From Dicyema japonicum (taxonomy: Eukaryota; Animalia; Dicyemida), in assembly GCA_011109175.1 (NCBI GenBank), contig RDEW01000006.1:1113989-1177988 (forward strand): a stretch of 64,000 nt of DNA. The letters are read 5' to 3'. The notes beneath the pieces were generated by a model. The model saw only the letters and a list, made by a program, of their open reading frames with translations. It had not been told where the DNA came from and did no database searches. Shown piece by piece: positions 48,930 to 62,913 of the stretch. The translations under genes and the position numbers were made by a program. Position 1 is the first letter of the stretch. Each line of letters opens with the position of its first letter.

Positions 48930-50250
48930 AATCATGGATCTAATTCGAGAAAGAAATTGCTTAAGAGTAAGACTAAGACGCTGTGTTGATTGGATGGACA
49001 GAATGGCACTCAGAAATAATTACATTGACTAAAAAAGCCATAAAAGAGAGATGGAAGTGGATAAGGAACACAAGTGGAGGGGTGAGGCAACCAAATTAAG
49101 CTACAAGAGGCTCACAGGCCGCAAGACAGACACTAGGAAGATTGCTTTGGATAATCCAGATGGAGGCACGTATTCCATGGAGGATGTACCTGCATTATTC
49201 AAGAATTAACTGGAAAATATTCAAGGCATCAACGATCCCATTAATTCCGAATGATCAGATGGATGCCTCATTGGAACTCTCTTACTATTGCCTGGATGGT
49301 CTCGGAGAAGCTGAGGAGGAAATTACCTTGGATTATTTTAAGAGGCCGTTTCAGCAAATAGAAGAGAGATATTTCCTCCTCGCAGAATAATGGGATTCCG
49401 TCCAGGAAAATCCTGCGTCGATTGTGTTCACCTTATGTACATGGATGTGTTGAGAAGGATAAGAAGGAAGAGACAGATGAACCTAGTGTGCCTGGATATT
49501 TCCAAGGCCTTTGATAGTGCGTGGCATGAAGCCCTCTTATCAAGGCTGGTGTCAGCGGATATTACAAGATACCTGTTTGTATGGCTGAGGAATTTCCTAA
49601 CTGGGAGGATATCTCAAGTGTGTATTGGAGGATTCGTATCAGAAGATTTTTCATTTTTTAGAGGCGTCCTGCAGGACTCTGTCTTAAGCCCGCTACTGTT
49701 CAATATTCCATTGACAGGCTTCCCGATCCCACCTGATCGGAATTCAAAACTACTTATATACGCGGATGATATCTTAATAATGAGCATGTCTGGCAAGTCA
49801 ACCCTATCTGATAGGAGGCTCAAGAAATATATTGCGTTTACTCCACTACCTGGGTGTTACAATTGATCATGAAGGCTCATTCCTTGAGGATATTAAACTA
49901 AGAAGAAAAATAGCGCTACAAGCACTTTGTATGCGAACACTTTGTGTCGACACAGAAAAGTTCTTATTCATAATCTTAGGAATAATCCAGACCAGCTTGA
50001 TATATGGTTGTGAGTCGTGCTATCTGTCTACAAAGAAGGACAGGATACTATCATCAATGGAAAAGTCAAGAAGGGATACAATAATGTTGGTATTCGGGAA
50101 AAGGTTACACGACAACATCAGCATGGATGATGAGATACTTATCCCAATAGGATAGATAGTGGAGAACAGGATTCGCGATTTCCGTGAGAGAACGCTAGTA
50201 ATTGAGGAGATGGGAAACATGCGAAGTATTCAGGCCATAAAGGCAGGACT
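48930..50250 (+). mobile_element. Second copy of the same LINE family (RT core)
   Basis: GFRPGKS, LDISKAFDS, RGVLQDSVLSPLLFN, YADD, LHYLGV, SLIYG. Confidence 0.8.
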
Positions 50251-51837
50251 ATGATAAACCCCTCTATCTAACCACTAGTTCAGTTTCTAATAAAGTTATG
50301 TTATTTTTTTACCTCAAGTTGACCATAAATGGTTATGAAAGAGTAACAAATCGCTTGCAAGAATACGGTTGAAATGTTTGGTGTAACGTTAAACACCATC
50401 AGACAACAAGTGAACAATGTGCTAAAGTACTAAGTTGGTCTAATTACTTGTGACTATGGTAGGTGGCTGAATATGTTGAATACATATTAACAGATTATTG
50501 AAAAGTTTAATTTACAAAGGGCTGTCCATCTTAATGAATTAATTATGGAACCCAAAGATCATCAAGAAAGATATTAAAACAAATAAGTGATCCCAGCTTC
50601 CATTATTCCCAGACTCGTAGTCTTGCAATGTCCCAACTTTAGAACGGTAGAGCCAACGCAAATCCTTACAACATTTTTTTTAAAACCGATCCAAGTTCCT
50701 CTATGTGAGCATCACTCAATAGGTTTTTTCGGTTTTTTGCAGAAACACAGGAAACCGGGCGCAAAAACAAAGTAGTTATCCGTCTGATTGAATTTAGTTT
50801 GTCGAGTTCGAGCGGGAATGTCGCAAACTTCCATGGGAGACAGGTATATTCGATTGTTGGGACAATGACCTGGCTATAGGGTATAGAAACAGGATTTATT
50901 TATTTAATAACCCCGAGAAGGGAACACCAAGAAAGAATGCAACTAATTAAGTGATCCCGGTATACCTCAAAAAGATCGAGAGGTTTTTCTTTTGTTCCTC
51001 CAGAGTACCCACGGATTTCTTGTGTCGACGACGATCATCTTTCATTAAAATTTGAAGAGGGGTGGGTTTTTTTTTCAATATACGTGTATTTGAGGCTTCT
51101 AGTCTTGAATGGAAGAAACGACTTGTTTCGTGACCACACAGAATAGATCCTTCAGATATTTGTGAGAAAGTGTGATTTAATAGAATACAAGTTCTTTAAT
51201 GCAGTCCCAAGATGCTTAAGGTGGATCGTTATTATCCCATCTGGGCAACATGCACTAGTTGTGCATAGTGAAACAATGTAATCAGTCATATTATCTGGAG
51301 TGAAGAAGATAATTGGACTGAGGGGTTTAAATTAAAGTACTTTACCGTACGGAGAGATCCAAGTCTTTGTGACTCATGTCGACGTAGTGTTTTAGTAAAT
51401 TATAAGGTAGGGACTGGCCGATCCACTGCTGTCATTCTCGTTGATAAGACTGTTTATACTTGGTAGCGGTTTCCGGAAGGTGGACGTGAATTTTCATGAC
51501 ATAACGTCAAACGAGACGACTCAACTTGCCAATAATTCGAATTAATTGCGATATTGTAAAATTGAGGAAGTGTAAAGACGATTAAGAGTCATCAAATTGT
51601 TATGATAAATTATTAGTAATAGACTAAAATTCTAATTAATAAGAACAGTCCTGGTGATCCGGCATTCTTTCAAAGGAAATGCATTATTAATTTGTATAAA
51701 TAGATACTACAATAATTAAAGAATTTATAATATATATATATTTAGAATTAATTAAATAAGTAATAAAAATTCTTTTAGGATGGAAAACCTAACGATAAAT
51801 ATTTATAGAAACGCTCGCTATTTCGATCGTTTTTGTT

Positions 51838-52545
51838 ATGGAGTCGGTTATTCAGTCTGCCATTGGAGGAGATAAACCCGAAGCCGTATAGAGTTTTTTG
51901 ACCTCATAGTTGGAATATCTAAATCTTGATGGTATTGAAATCACATTCAAACAGTTAAGCAGCTACACATTTCCGGAACTTAAGACACTTAGCATTTCTA
52001 TGTGCGGTTTAACCTCACTGAGTGGATTTCCAAACTATCCCAAGTTGGAGAAACTGACGCTCACTTCTAACGATCTATCCGACGGACTCGAATATGTCGT
52101 GCAGTCGTGTCCTTCTCTTATATATCTGGACCTGAGCAGCACTTTGTACACTCCTGAGAGTCTCTCCCTCTGGTGCCCGAATTATTGATTGTAGGCAAAT
52201 ATTAAATCCTTGATTGGATTACAGTTAACGTTGACTCCGGCTTCTAAGATAGAGAACTATGTAGCTTCCACATTCAAGGCTTTTCCTCAATTAAAAGTGG
52301 TAGATAACCTGAATGTTGAGGGAGAAGCTATCTATTTTGGTATTTGTATTTGTTTATCAACAGAGGATGTCATCAATTTCGACGAGGAGGACTTTGAGGA
52401 TGAGGAAGATGCTGACTTTGATGATGAGGACGATGATGTGTTTTCTGATGAATCTGATTGTTCTAACAGTGGAGAGAGTGAGGAGCAGGAAAAGAGACAC
52501 AATAATTCCAATCCTGAGTCTAATAAGAGACCCAGGAATGATTAG
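51838..52545 (+). CDS. ANP32: Acidic leucine-rich nuclear phosphoprotein 32 family (LRR + acidic tail)
   Basis: MESVIQSAIGGDKPEA|LEYLNLDG..LTSLSGFPNYPKLEKLTLTSN..CPSLIYLDLS..ENY..FPQLKVVD, a D/E-rich tail and a terminal KRPR NLS. Confidence 0.88.
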
Positions 52546-53169
52546 TGTGTTTTACTGTAGATTGTTGTTCTGTCTTTAATTCTTTGTTGATTTTATAGAC
52601 TTTCTTTTATTCTAGTTTACTTTATTGTACCTACTATCTGTTTAATTGATCTCCTACACTTTAATACCATCAAAATAGTTACAAGGTCCACGGTTATACT
52701 AATTGTGTGTTTCCTACTAATTCAACAGTGACTTTGTTCATTACTTGATTACACGACCTATTGGACTTGGCACAATCGCACTCGTCGATTGTCCGTTGCT
52801 TGAATGCCTTTTTCTGGCTATGGTATTTGTCCAGGAAACGAATGGACGCCACAAGGCGCAATAAATGCATGTCTCAAGTACTGGTTCTCGGATGAATTAG
52901 ATTTTTATAGCCCCGAGAGACTTCTCAGCTAATTCATCTCACTTTCACATCTTGTCATCACATTTTCAACAAAGAATGTCAAAAAATCAGCCACAAACCT
53001 TTTTGTCTACTAAAGGGAAATGAAGTTGTTTTCCTTATTCGACTACCCGTCTTCCCAATCTTTTTTTAGATGAAAAGAGTTGTGACAGACTTTTTTAGAT
53101 CATATGAAGGTTCTTTATTAGCCGTTGAGACTTAGGTCATTTTTTTTCTTTTTGTTATGTAATTAATTT

Positions 53170-54790
53170 CACGTGGTGGTCTTGTGGTGCGTAATTATAT
53201 TTTCATGGAGCGTTGTTCATATAATGGAGCAACACATATTATACCCAAGAGACTGGACACTACATGCTCTTAATGTGGTTATGCCAATGCACGCAAATGT
53301 GGACTTTTCTGCTCGTCTTGCGGTGACTTTTTCCACCTCGGATGCATAAAGATGTCTCAGCGGGCTGCATGATCGCTCTGCCTGTGGAACTGCAGTGTCT
53401 GCATGGGCACTGGTCGGAAAACCCAGAAGATCATTTCGAACGAGCACGTCGAACCGAATGAGCCTCTAGACTTCAATGATATGGACAACCTCTTGCTCTT
53501 CTTGTCAGATCTAAGGAAGGCCAGGAAGATTCCAATCAGGATCCCAAGACCCGTCCGGATCCCCGCAGCTACATCCCTGGCCTCTGTAATTGACGATGTT
53601 CTCACTTCCGACGACCAGGAGGCCTGGCTACAACTTCTCAGTTTCGCCCCGATGGCACTTGAGATTCCATTTATCGACTCAAAAGGATATCAACGGAACA
53701 CAGGAGAAAGTATGACACCTGGGAACTCTCTTGCCTCAAAAATGAAGAAGAACATCCAGGTTTTCTATGCACATTCTCTCACCAAGACGGAAGTCATGAA
53801 ACCCAAACATTCTGATTCCAATCCTCCGGTTTCTTTGAATGGCCCGGACAAACTTGGAGAGAGGGTAAATCGTAAACTATTTGAAGGCGAGCGGCGTTGA
53901 GCGTCGTTGCCAGCGACGATACAGTCATGGTTGCGACGCCTGAGAAACATCCATGTCTTCCGGCAGATTACCGCCCATTAGTGCTTTCGGGAAATTTGTC
54001 AAGGACGACCGTCTCAAGTGGAAGCCTTTTGGTCCAAGATATCCTACGTTTTCCAACCGGACTTTCTTGGGAAAAGTCTTCGATGAAGCTCGTCGCGAAT
54101 GGTGTGAAACTGGTTTTGATACGCCGAACGATTCTTCGAGGCAACGTGACTGGGATGAGATCTACTTCAAGAATACCTTCGACATGCTAAAGTCTGAAGC
54201 CAACCATCTCCTCTTTCCGCTGCCAACCATGGGAACGGAGCGTGGCTGGATGCACTCCCGAGTTCCTCCCTGGGGACCCTTTTGGGCGATGACTGTATTC
54301 GGATTAGGATCACACAACGCCTGGGAGTTGATGTTTGCGTCAAACACCAATGTCCTTGTGGAGTGATCGTCGATTCCAAAGGGCTGCATTCGCTCTCGTA
54401 CAAAAGGAGTGCGGGCAGAGCACCCCGCCATGCTGCTATGAACAACATTGTCATGCGTGCTCTTGAAGCTGTAGGCTTTCCGGCAGTACTGGAGCCCGTG
54501 GGATTGGACCGCGGAGACTGGAAAAGACCGGATGGGTTAACTATCTTTCCGTTCACTGAGGGAAAATCGCTCGTATGAAACTGCACTGTTGTGGATTCTT
54601 TCTCGAACTCGATGATACTCATTTAAGCGCAGTCTGCTGGATCGGCAGCTGATCTGGTCGAGAAAATCAAGATTAAAAAATATGGCAGAATTGGAGGCCT
54701 CTACCGTTTTGTACCGGTGGCAATCGAGACGTCTGGTGCGGCGGGAAGTATCACAGCCTCTTTCCTGAAAGAAATCATGATCGAATCTCG
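53170..54790 (+). mobile_element. CRE-like RLE retroelement with N-terminal PHD finger and deleted RT
   Basis: PHD pattern at 53265-53402; RIPRPVRI..W..LL.F; RQRDWDE; CPCG..HSLS..RH; KRPDGLTIFPF..W; FVPVAIETSG. Related to 34714-35490. Confidence 0.8.
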
Positions 54791-55732
54791 CTTCTGTACA
54801 TTACGGTTGAATGCTCCATGCATCTACGATGTTTTTTCTTGACGAGTGTGAACATTTCACTGCGGATAGTCTTTTAAGGAAATGCACTCAATAAAAAGAA
54901 AAAAAACAAGTGACGACATTTTGTGGTTTTCCTTCTAAGATTAGTTATCATAACTGTTCTTTACTTAAAATGTGTGTCATGGTATTTATATTTGTTCCAC
55001 TAAATAGGATAACGATTAACAATGATAAAATGAGGTTATTAAATGAAAATTGTAATTTCTTAAGTGCTTGTAAAGTAGTTAAATGCTTGTAGTTAAATAA
55101 GTGTTTGCAGTAGTTAAATTGATTAAGTTTGTCGATTATTATATTTGTGGGCAGTATTTCATAATTAGTTCATTGATTAACATTAAGACAGATTATCTCC
55201 TTACAACATTTCTATATTTGGACTTGATTCTCTTCAAAATGACTGTTTATTATTAAAACTCAGACTTTATCAAAATAATAAACTAAACATAATCAGGTCA
55301 ATTAGAAATTTTATTATATCCGCGTTGTTAGTCTATAATAGACACTATTTGTGTAATGGATTATGTATAATTTAAAATGTATAGGGTTGCACAAATTGTC
55401 TATGTCAAAATCGGCGGGATGGGCATCTTTAACCGCTCTCCATATAACGAACTTGTAGTCTTTTCGCATCTTAAGTGATTTTTGAGATATTTGATAAAAA
55501 TATCGTAGAGGGGGCTGTGTAGTAAGACTCATAAACTCAGAATTAGGACCGATTATTATCTAACCCGAAAAAGGGAACACCAGGAAAGAAGGAATTAAGT
55601 GATCCCGGTAGACCCGAATTAGGATAGATTATGTTGTCAGCTTCTTTGATATGCATTCGATTGTAAAAAAGTTAAATAACAAAAAAAATATTATTTAAAT
55701 TAAAATCAATTTAAATAATAATTATAATATTG

Positions 55733-58700
55733 ATGTGGATTATACCCAAAGAAATAACAAAAAATGACAAAAGATGGTAATTATATAATAATATGAAAGG
55801 GAAATTGAGAGAGCCAACATGTTCTTTTCACTACAAATATACCACAATTACTTTATTAATGACAGAAAAGTATATTTTAATAAAATTTGAGAAATCCCGA
55901 ATTGTTTTAATACTCAAACATAAAAAATATAGTATTTATTTTATTTATTCAGTTATTTTCACTGACACGTTCGAGGAAAGTCTAATAATGTGGACTTGGA
56001 TAGAAAATAACCTTCTCCCTACTATTTGTATGTGACTCCTATATTCTAGTTTCCATGGACGAGGAGAATGACATTCTTCCGTTCATCAGTGACAAAATAC
56101 TCTCAATCCTCGAACAACCCTTACCTTTGGAGACAGTAAACACTGACCTTGTGTGTGGTATTAATTATTTTTATGGAGAATTTCCCTGTTTTTACTGGTA
56201 TGACGCAATTCCCATATCTGGGACAGCCTTCATTTGGCTGACTCATTTATCATTCGATTCAAACAAACACCACGTGAAAATAAACTGGTCTTCGTTGTTG
56301 GTTGGTAACGTGGGATGAATTTTTAGGATACAATGCCTCTCCAACACGTCTTCTCCGTTGATGTTGTGACATTTGTAACCCAAAACAGACTTGTTTGTAT
56401 GTGGATGTAATGTAGCACCGTTTTTCAGTGATAAACAATTCCAAAGAGTTTGAAAATATAACGGGAATGATGATAAAACGGAGTAGTGACTCACAAATGG
56501 ATAAGTATTTACTTTATTCATCACAGATACTCCATTCCTATCAAAAGGAGATTATCAGCCATCAAAATATGGGACAGGACAAGGTATATCCCCTCTTATT
56601 TCACACAGAAAGACATTCCATATTTCACAGACGGAGGAACTTAAGAGCTTCACTCCCACCTGTCTATTCGTCCCCTATCTTGAAAAGTCTGTGACTGGCC
56701 ATCTTTTCCTTTCTGACAACTTTTTTTGTTTCACCAGCAAGGTGATTCTTATTTTTATGTAGACTGAAGGACTTGCCTCCTTGGCTATCCCTTTCTACGA
56801 AATTGTCTCTATTTCGTCGGTCTCCCACGAAAAGATTTCCATAATCACACGTGATGAGGTTAACTCTGGATTAACGTTAAGAACACTTATCAATTCACAG
56901 CCATATCTAGCTTGGAATTCGAGGAATCTGTTAGAGTTTTAAATTTGACTTTAAATTTGCATTCTTCCAAACCACCCTGTCTTCACCACCAAGGTCATGT
57001 GGGAATATTATTTTAGACATGGAAACCGCTTTCTGTGCTCTACATCTAAGACAGAACGATTTTAATGAAAGAATGGTAGACAGACTTGCTGAGTGTAACT
57101 GGGAGATGCTTCTTCTTAAAACAGGATGTGGTCCTTGTATGTACAGAATCTCAAAGACAATAGAATATTCCTACTCAGGCATCGTTGAAGGGTACCGTCA
57201 GGATATATGTGTACTCAGGTGCAGTTTATCTGGTTTTTCTACATTTTACTTAAGCGGGATCAACAACCGGACTACTATAGAAGGATTCTCTCTCAGTCAT
57301 GTAATGAAACCATTGCCGATGAGATTGAGAAGGATCTTTATAGGTATTACACTTTTAAACTCAGATCTTTGCCTGAACATCCAGTATTCCGTACAGATAA
57401 GGGAGTCAGGGCCCTTCGTAGACTTTTGACAGCATATGCTATACATAACCCGTCTGTAGGGTACTGCCAGGCCATGAACATTGTTGGGTGTGTCCTTCTG
57501 GTATACTGTGACGAAGAAATCGCTTTTTGGATATTTGTACAGATTTGTGAAGTTCTCTTACCTGATTACTATGATAAAAACGTATTTGGCGCACGTGTGG
57601 ATATACAAGTGTTACGGATGCTCAACAAAAAGTACCTCCCATCAGCTTATGCACTTCATAACATGGGAAGTGATCTTTTCACAGGGATATGTCTCTCTTG
57701 GTTCCTTACCATTTTTATAAACGTGATGCCATTCAACTGTGCTGCCAGAATCATTGATTGCTTCATTTGTGAGGGACCTCCCGTTTGTGTGGTTTGATAT
57801 GATAGATCCTCTTCCGTGTGGCCCTCACCATGTTCAGTCACTGCACCGACGGAATTAATAACGCTAACGAGTATTTTGAGGTCGTCACTGTAATCAACAA
57901 TTATCTTAATCGGATTGTCTACCGGCAAAACAGTATGTGCAACAAAACAGATCCCATTAGAATTGACGACCTTCTCAATAAATCTCACTCTCTTTTTGGT
58001 GGCATTACAATAGGGGAGATTGATTCTCTCCGGACACGCGTTCGTTTATCTATAATGCAGGTTGGTGAGTGGACAATTGTCTAGGACAACGCCAAACGTA
58101 ATATTGACGACGTGATTGGAAGTGCATCTGTGATGAGTCTGCTCTCCCCTTCAGAACTGACACAATTATTTTATGTTTTTAAAGCCAACTTTTTTGGAGA
58201 TCAGTGGACTGACTCTCAGAATCTCTTTGAATTTGAGGACGCAATTTTTGATCCTGCTGACTACTACCGAATAAGATTTGACCAATATTCTCTCCTAATG
58301 AAGAGTCTCACTCCTTATCGTCTTTCCGATGATCTCATACTGAGGATATTTAAAGTTTACGGAAATTTTATATTCCATAGCTGTTGGACAAGTCCTCTTC
58401 CAGTACAATATCTTTTCTTGATTTTTCCTGGCTGATTGGCTTACTCCATAAAGGAGACACATCCAGCATATTAGTTTTACTGTATTTGGCACATCTTTAT
58501 TCCCTTGAAGGTGAGGAATTGAGTTATTCTTAGAATCATCAGATCCCCAGGAAGCTTCCCAACTTCACAAAGGTTGAGGTTACTGTTATTTCCAGATATG
58601 TACCAAATTGTCGTGCAATTTCAAAACAGAATAACTTTTAGTGAATTTCCAAACATCGACTCTGTAATCTGGTTTTTATTATTTAGACTCGATTGCTCAA

Positions 58701-58953
58701 AATGATTCAAAATCTTTACGAGTTAGGGGACGATCAGTTAGCCTCCTCTATTCAAACAGCCTTAGCTTCTATTACAAAGATTGGATGTTGTGCTTTGAGC
58801 TTTGAGAATGAGTCATCTAATGGGAAAAACTTTTATGTTTCCCTCCCTCAGTTTTTAGGTGCCATGATTCATCAATCCTATATTTCATCATTCTTTGAGG
58901 ACAATCGGTGTTCCTTTTTTGATTTAGTGGGTCATATAACAACACAATCATAA
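55733..58953 (+). CDS. TBC1D9: TBC1D8/TBC1D9 Rab-GAP (GRAM-GRAM-TBC-EF), many tiny introns
   Basis: MWIIPKEI, W.WIENNLLPT, HLSFDS, GHLFLSDNFFCFTS, DEIEKDLYR|SLPEHP.F, LRRLLTAYA.HNPSVGYCQAMNI, LLPDYY, SWFLT.F. Confidence 0.88.
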
Positions 58954-59190
58954 CTATATTTCTTTTATTATAATTTATTAAATATATGGAGAGTTTAAAT
59001 ATTAAAAATAAGCTCAATCTAAGGGTCCATTTATGCAATAGTTCTGTTATAGTTAGTCAAACAATACATTTGTGATTTGATCTGTGTTTTTAATTCCTAC
59101 AGCCAAATCCCACAATTTGTGCATATAATTTGATAATTGTCCACTTACTGGATTATTTGTGTCTGCATCATTGGGTGTTGTATTCAAATA

Positions 59191-59631
59191 TTAATTAAAT
59201 AATACAGATTGAGTGAACATTTTGATTTTGTTTACTGTAAAGTCCTTCCAATTCCCGTTAGGTTGAAATAAAATAAACCGCATCTGTAAAACATTCTCCA
59301 ATTTGACATCAAACTCGGTTAGCTCAAATGAGTTTTCAGATTCATTTTCAAATTCTGTATGATTCATTAGTTCTTTTCTAGTTACTACAGTAATCCAATT
59401 CCTTAAACAATAAACTAAGTACAACCTAGTATCTCCTGTCTTGTAAATAACCTGAATAGTGATCTGGTGAGTGTAATAGTTATCAAACGTAATCCTTGTT
59501 ATCTACTATAATGTTAACCGACTTGCATTTAAATTTGATTTAAAGTAAATATTGATAACACGACATCCAGAATTGAAGCAATCCTCATATAATAGCACTT
59601 TTCCAATGGATTTAACAACAATATCAATCAT
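59191..59631 (-). CDS. NICN1: Nicolin-1-like (tubulin polyglutamylase complex subunit)
   Basis: SGCRVINIYF, ITFDNYYTHQITIQV, W..V..KELM, MRFILFQPNGNWKDFTV resemble NICN1 (NYYT..LM..LRLILRQPSPLWLSFTV). Confidence 0.7.
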
Positions 59632-59670
59632 TGCTTGGAAACTATAAAATAATGTTGCCAGGTTATTTAA

Positions 59671-61647
59671 ATGACATCAATTGAGTCTAAATTATATGAA
59701 AATTGTAAAGCCTCATTCTACAATTATTATTTGGGATTAAATTATTTGATTAATTCAGAGGAAGAATTCATGACTTGTATTTTAATTATTTATAATTAGT
59801 ACTACAAATGGCAGGACTAAATCCTCCAAGTCACAAAGTCAAACTGCTATGGAAAGAAAACAAAGGTAAGCAGGCTTTGATAAACAGATTCCTTCACTTT
59901 CAACCGTTTCTGTCAGGCCTCATCACAATTCCAACAAATTGACAAAAAATCCTTGCTCGAAAAGTTTAAAAAATTGGACAAAAATGATAATGGATATTTA
60001 AACAAGAATGACATTCTAAAAATGCTCAGTCAGGTAATTTATGTGTGAAATTTAGTATAACCAAGGAAGACGATGTGATGACGTACAAGTCCTTCTAAAT
60101 GAGATGTACTTTGAAAATGATAGATTTTACTATGAAAAAGTTATTTTTTGAGTAAAACCAGTTTTGTGATGATTTTGAGCTCGCAACTGAAAAGTTATTA
60201 AATTTAATGAAAAATGAACTGGATAGTTCACAAAAAGGTAAAATGATGTAATATTAAGAAAAATCTCCAAAGGGAATCCTGAAAGCAACTAAAGTAGAAA
60301 AACCAATAAAAACGTTAAAGAAAGAAATATTTCAGTACAATTTAGGGACTCTTAACATAATTAATAAAATAAACAGTACAATATTCAGGACATATGATTT
60401 TAAAGTAAATAATTAATTTCATAGAAATATCACTATACTTCACTTAATGGTTGTTTCTACTATGACGCAAGTGATGTTATGTGGTCACACGTGTACGAAC
60501 TTAAAGTCACCCATAAATGTTCTCCTATTATTTACATCAGTCCAAGTTTGTATTTTAATAATTCAGTTCAACGGAGTAATTTTATTTTTACATTCTTACT
60601 TGACCAGTTTGGACATTTAGCAGGAGTATCGTCCTTAAAGGACCAAAATGGAGTAAATATGTTTATAAAATTAGGTATACATCACCAATCTAAAGTTACA
60701 ACCGGGAACCTACACGTTGGTACCATACGCAATCAATTCTCCTATATCAGTCAAAAAAGACTACAAATCAACCATCCTAGTTAGAAAGGACAAGAGTGGA
60801 CAGTTCAGACTTTCAGAAAGATGCTTGTATTTGTTATTATCATTTAAAGGACTGCAGTTACGAAAGCATTTGAAATTTTAGATTTAAATAATGATGGGTT
60901 CTTGGATTTATTAGAATTTAATTTTTACTACTTATTAACAACAGGGGAGACCATTAACCAAGAAATATGGTTACAACTTAAAAGTAATTTATTTTTGTTG
61001 AAATTCAGCAAAGGGGTTTGCAACAGATTCAGGTGTAAGCTTACACGACTTGATAAATCTGATGGAGTTGGAATTGAAAGCAAATTCAGGACAAGTCCAC
61101 GATATCTGGACTACTTTGATTCTTCTTGGGTTCGACAGTTCACTTAATTGTGTTAAAGTAATGAATTTGTCAAATCCAGAATATTCCCTTTGAGATGACT
61201 TGTTTTAATAAAAACAAAAAGTTAACTTTTGAAGTGAAGGCTCTAAGAAACACAAACTCAGAGCTCATAAAAATATTTAGAAATTCACAATCTCAGAACG
61301 TATAACCGTTTTCTCTATTCAGGTTCAAAAAAGGACTATTCCAGTTCTATCTGACTTTTCATCATATTCGATAAATACTGACTTGTTTGTGCTTATTATT
61401 TACGACAATCAGGTAATAATCATGGTTTATGGTAGTTGGACAAACAAGTAGAAATTGAATACAATGTCTCAGATAGTCATAATCTCCAATCAATCAACTC
61501 TAAATTTTCTGGAAATTTCAAATTGATGCCAAAATCTAAATCTGTTTAATATTTTTAATATTTTAGAATTCATTTGGGTACATAAGTTGTGATAATGTCT
61601 CAGAATATAAATTTACTTCAAACGAAATTATTAGAATCACTGAATAA
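59671..61647 (+). CDS. EFCAB7: EF-hand calcium-binding domain protein 7-like, multi-exon
   Basis: LYENCKASF..LQMAGLNP..FTFNRFC..FKKLDKNDNGYL; LVRKDKSGQFRLS; AFEILDLNNDGFLDLLEFNFYYLLTTGE..W; DIWTTL..GFD, colinear with EFCAB7. The 3' end is approximate. Confidence 0.78.
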
Positions 61648-61670
61648 TTTTACTTAATATATTTAATTGT

Positions 61671-62871
61671 TCACTTTTCATTAACAATTACAAAATCTCC
61701 AACTGTCCGTTTAAAGATTTTTCACTGAATTCCATGTTAGGAAGGCTTGTCCCACTGTGGACCAGATAGTGTCAGGGATAGGATGAGACTAATATATGAG
61801 GGTGATCAGACTACCTTCATGAAAGCAATTTTTCCGTTCAAAGCGGTGCACTCATAAGTTTTTGAATTTCTGGGTCGAAGAGATAGTACAGTCTTGACCC
61901 GTATAACAACGTGATGCCGTGGTACGAGTACAATATTTTCTTAAGAAAGTATTGTTCTGCTCGATGGTAGCAATCTAAATCTCCTTGTGGAGGTCAGTGT
62001 GAAAAAATAACGGTTTTTTATTTTGTGTATGACATTTATATGACACGACGAGGAGGTTGATCACATCGTCATAAGAAATTGAGTAAAAATTAGTAAAGAC
62101 AATAAGCAAAACTCGCTTCTCTTGCAGTAGTTCATTGTGGGTATTACAGTTATTAAAAATCTCATTCAGCATCAGTTGTACCAACAATTTCACTATTATC
62201 AAAACTCTCTTAAGATCGAAACTTTAAATCCGATAATACCGATTCCTGCCTATCTTTGCAAGTCAGATTTGTGAGAATGAATAAGTTGTGGTAGCTAGAG
62301 TAAGCTGGTTTATCTGTGTATGACAATCCAATTAATAAAACTAAGAAACCACGAGTATTAAAAATCAACTAATCAATGACGTATTGTTTGTTGTCCTCCA
62401 TTAGAAGGTATAAAAGAGTTAAAACAAAGACAACAACAAAGAACAGTCGAATCTATAATTATAAAAAAAACAAACAATCCATCTCATGTATCGATATGAC
62501 TGTTTTGGAGGGGCTACCACAAAGTTCTTATAGTTGTGAATCGTTGGTCTGGCACTCACTCCATACGCTCTTGAAGTATTGGTGTACACTCCACTAGGGC
62601 GTGTAGAATTCATTGTGGAGGATAGACATGGAAGATCGTTGAACTGATCACTATCGCAGTCGCTGTCATCTGTCGGTAAATCGCAAGTGGAATTTTCTTG
62701 TAGTTTTTGTAGTCGCATTTTGTACACTTTTCTGGTACTATCTGAAGAGGTATTTATAAAAAGAATACCTGTGAGAGGACCTACACTGATGTTGTGACTA
62801 CGAAGAGATGACCGTAACTCAACATCAGTTAAATCGCTAATTTCTTGACTAAGGTTTGAAAATCGGCTCAT
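61671..62871 (-). CDS. LEM-domain inner nuclear membrane protein (LEMD2/MAN1-like)
   Basis: LEM motif LTDVELRSSLRSHNISVGPLT|DSTRKVYKMRL, a Ser-rich linker, two hydrophobic segments and an MSC-like C-terminus. Internal exons are approximate. Confidence 0.72.
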
Positions 62872-62913
62872 CACACAATAAGACGGCGGGTAATATTTAA
62901 AAAAATTAAAAAA

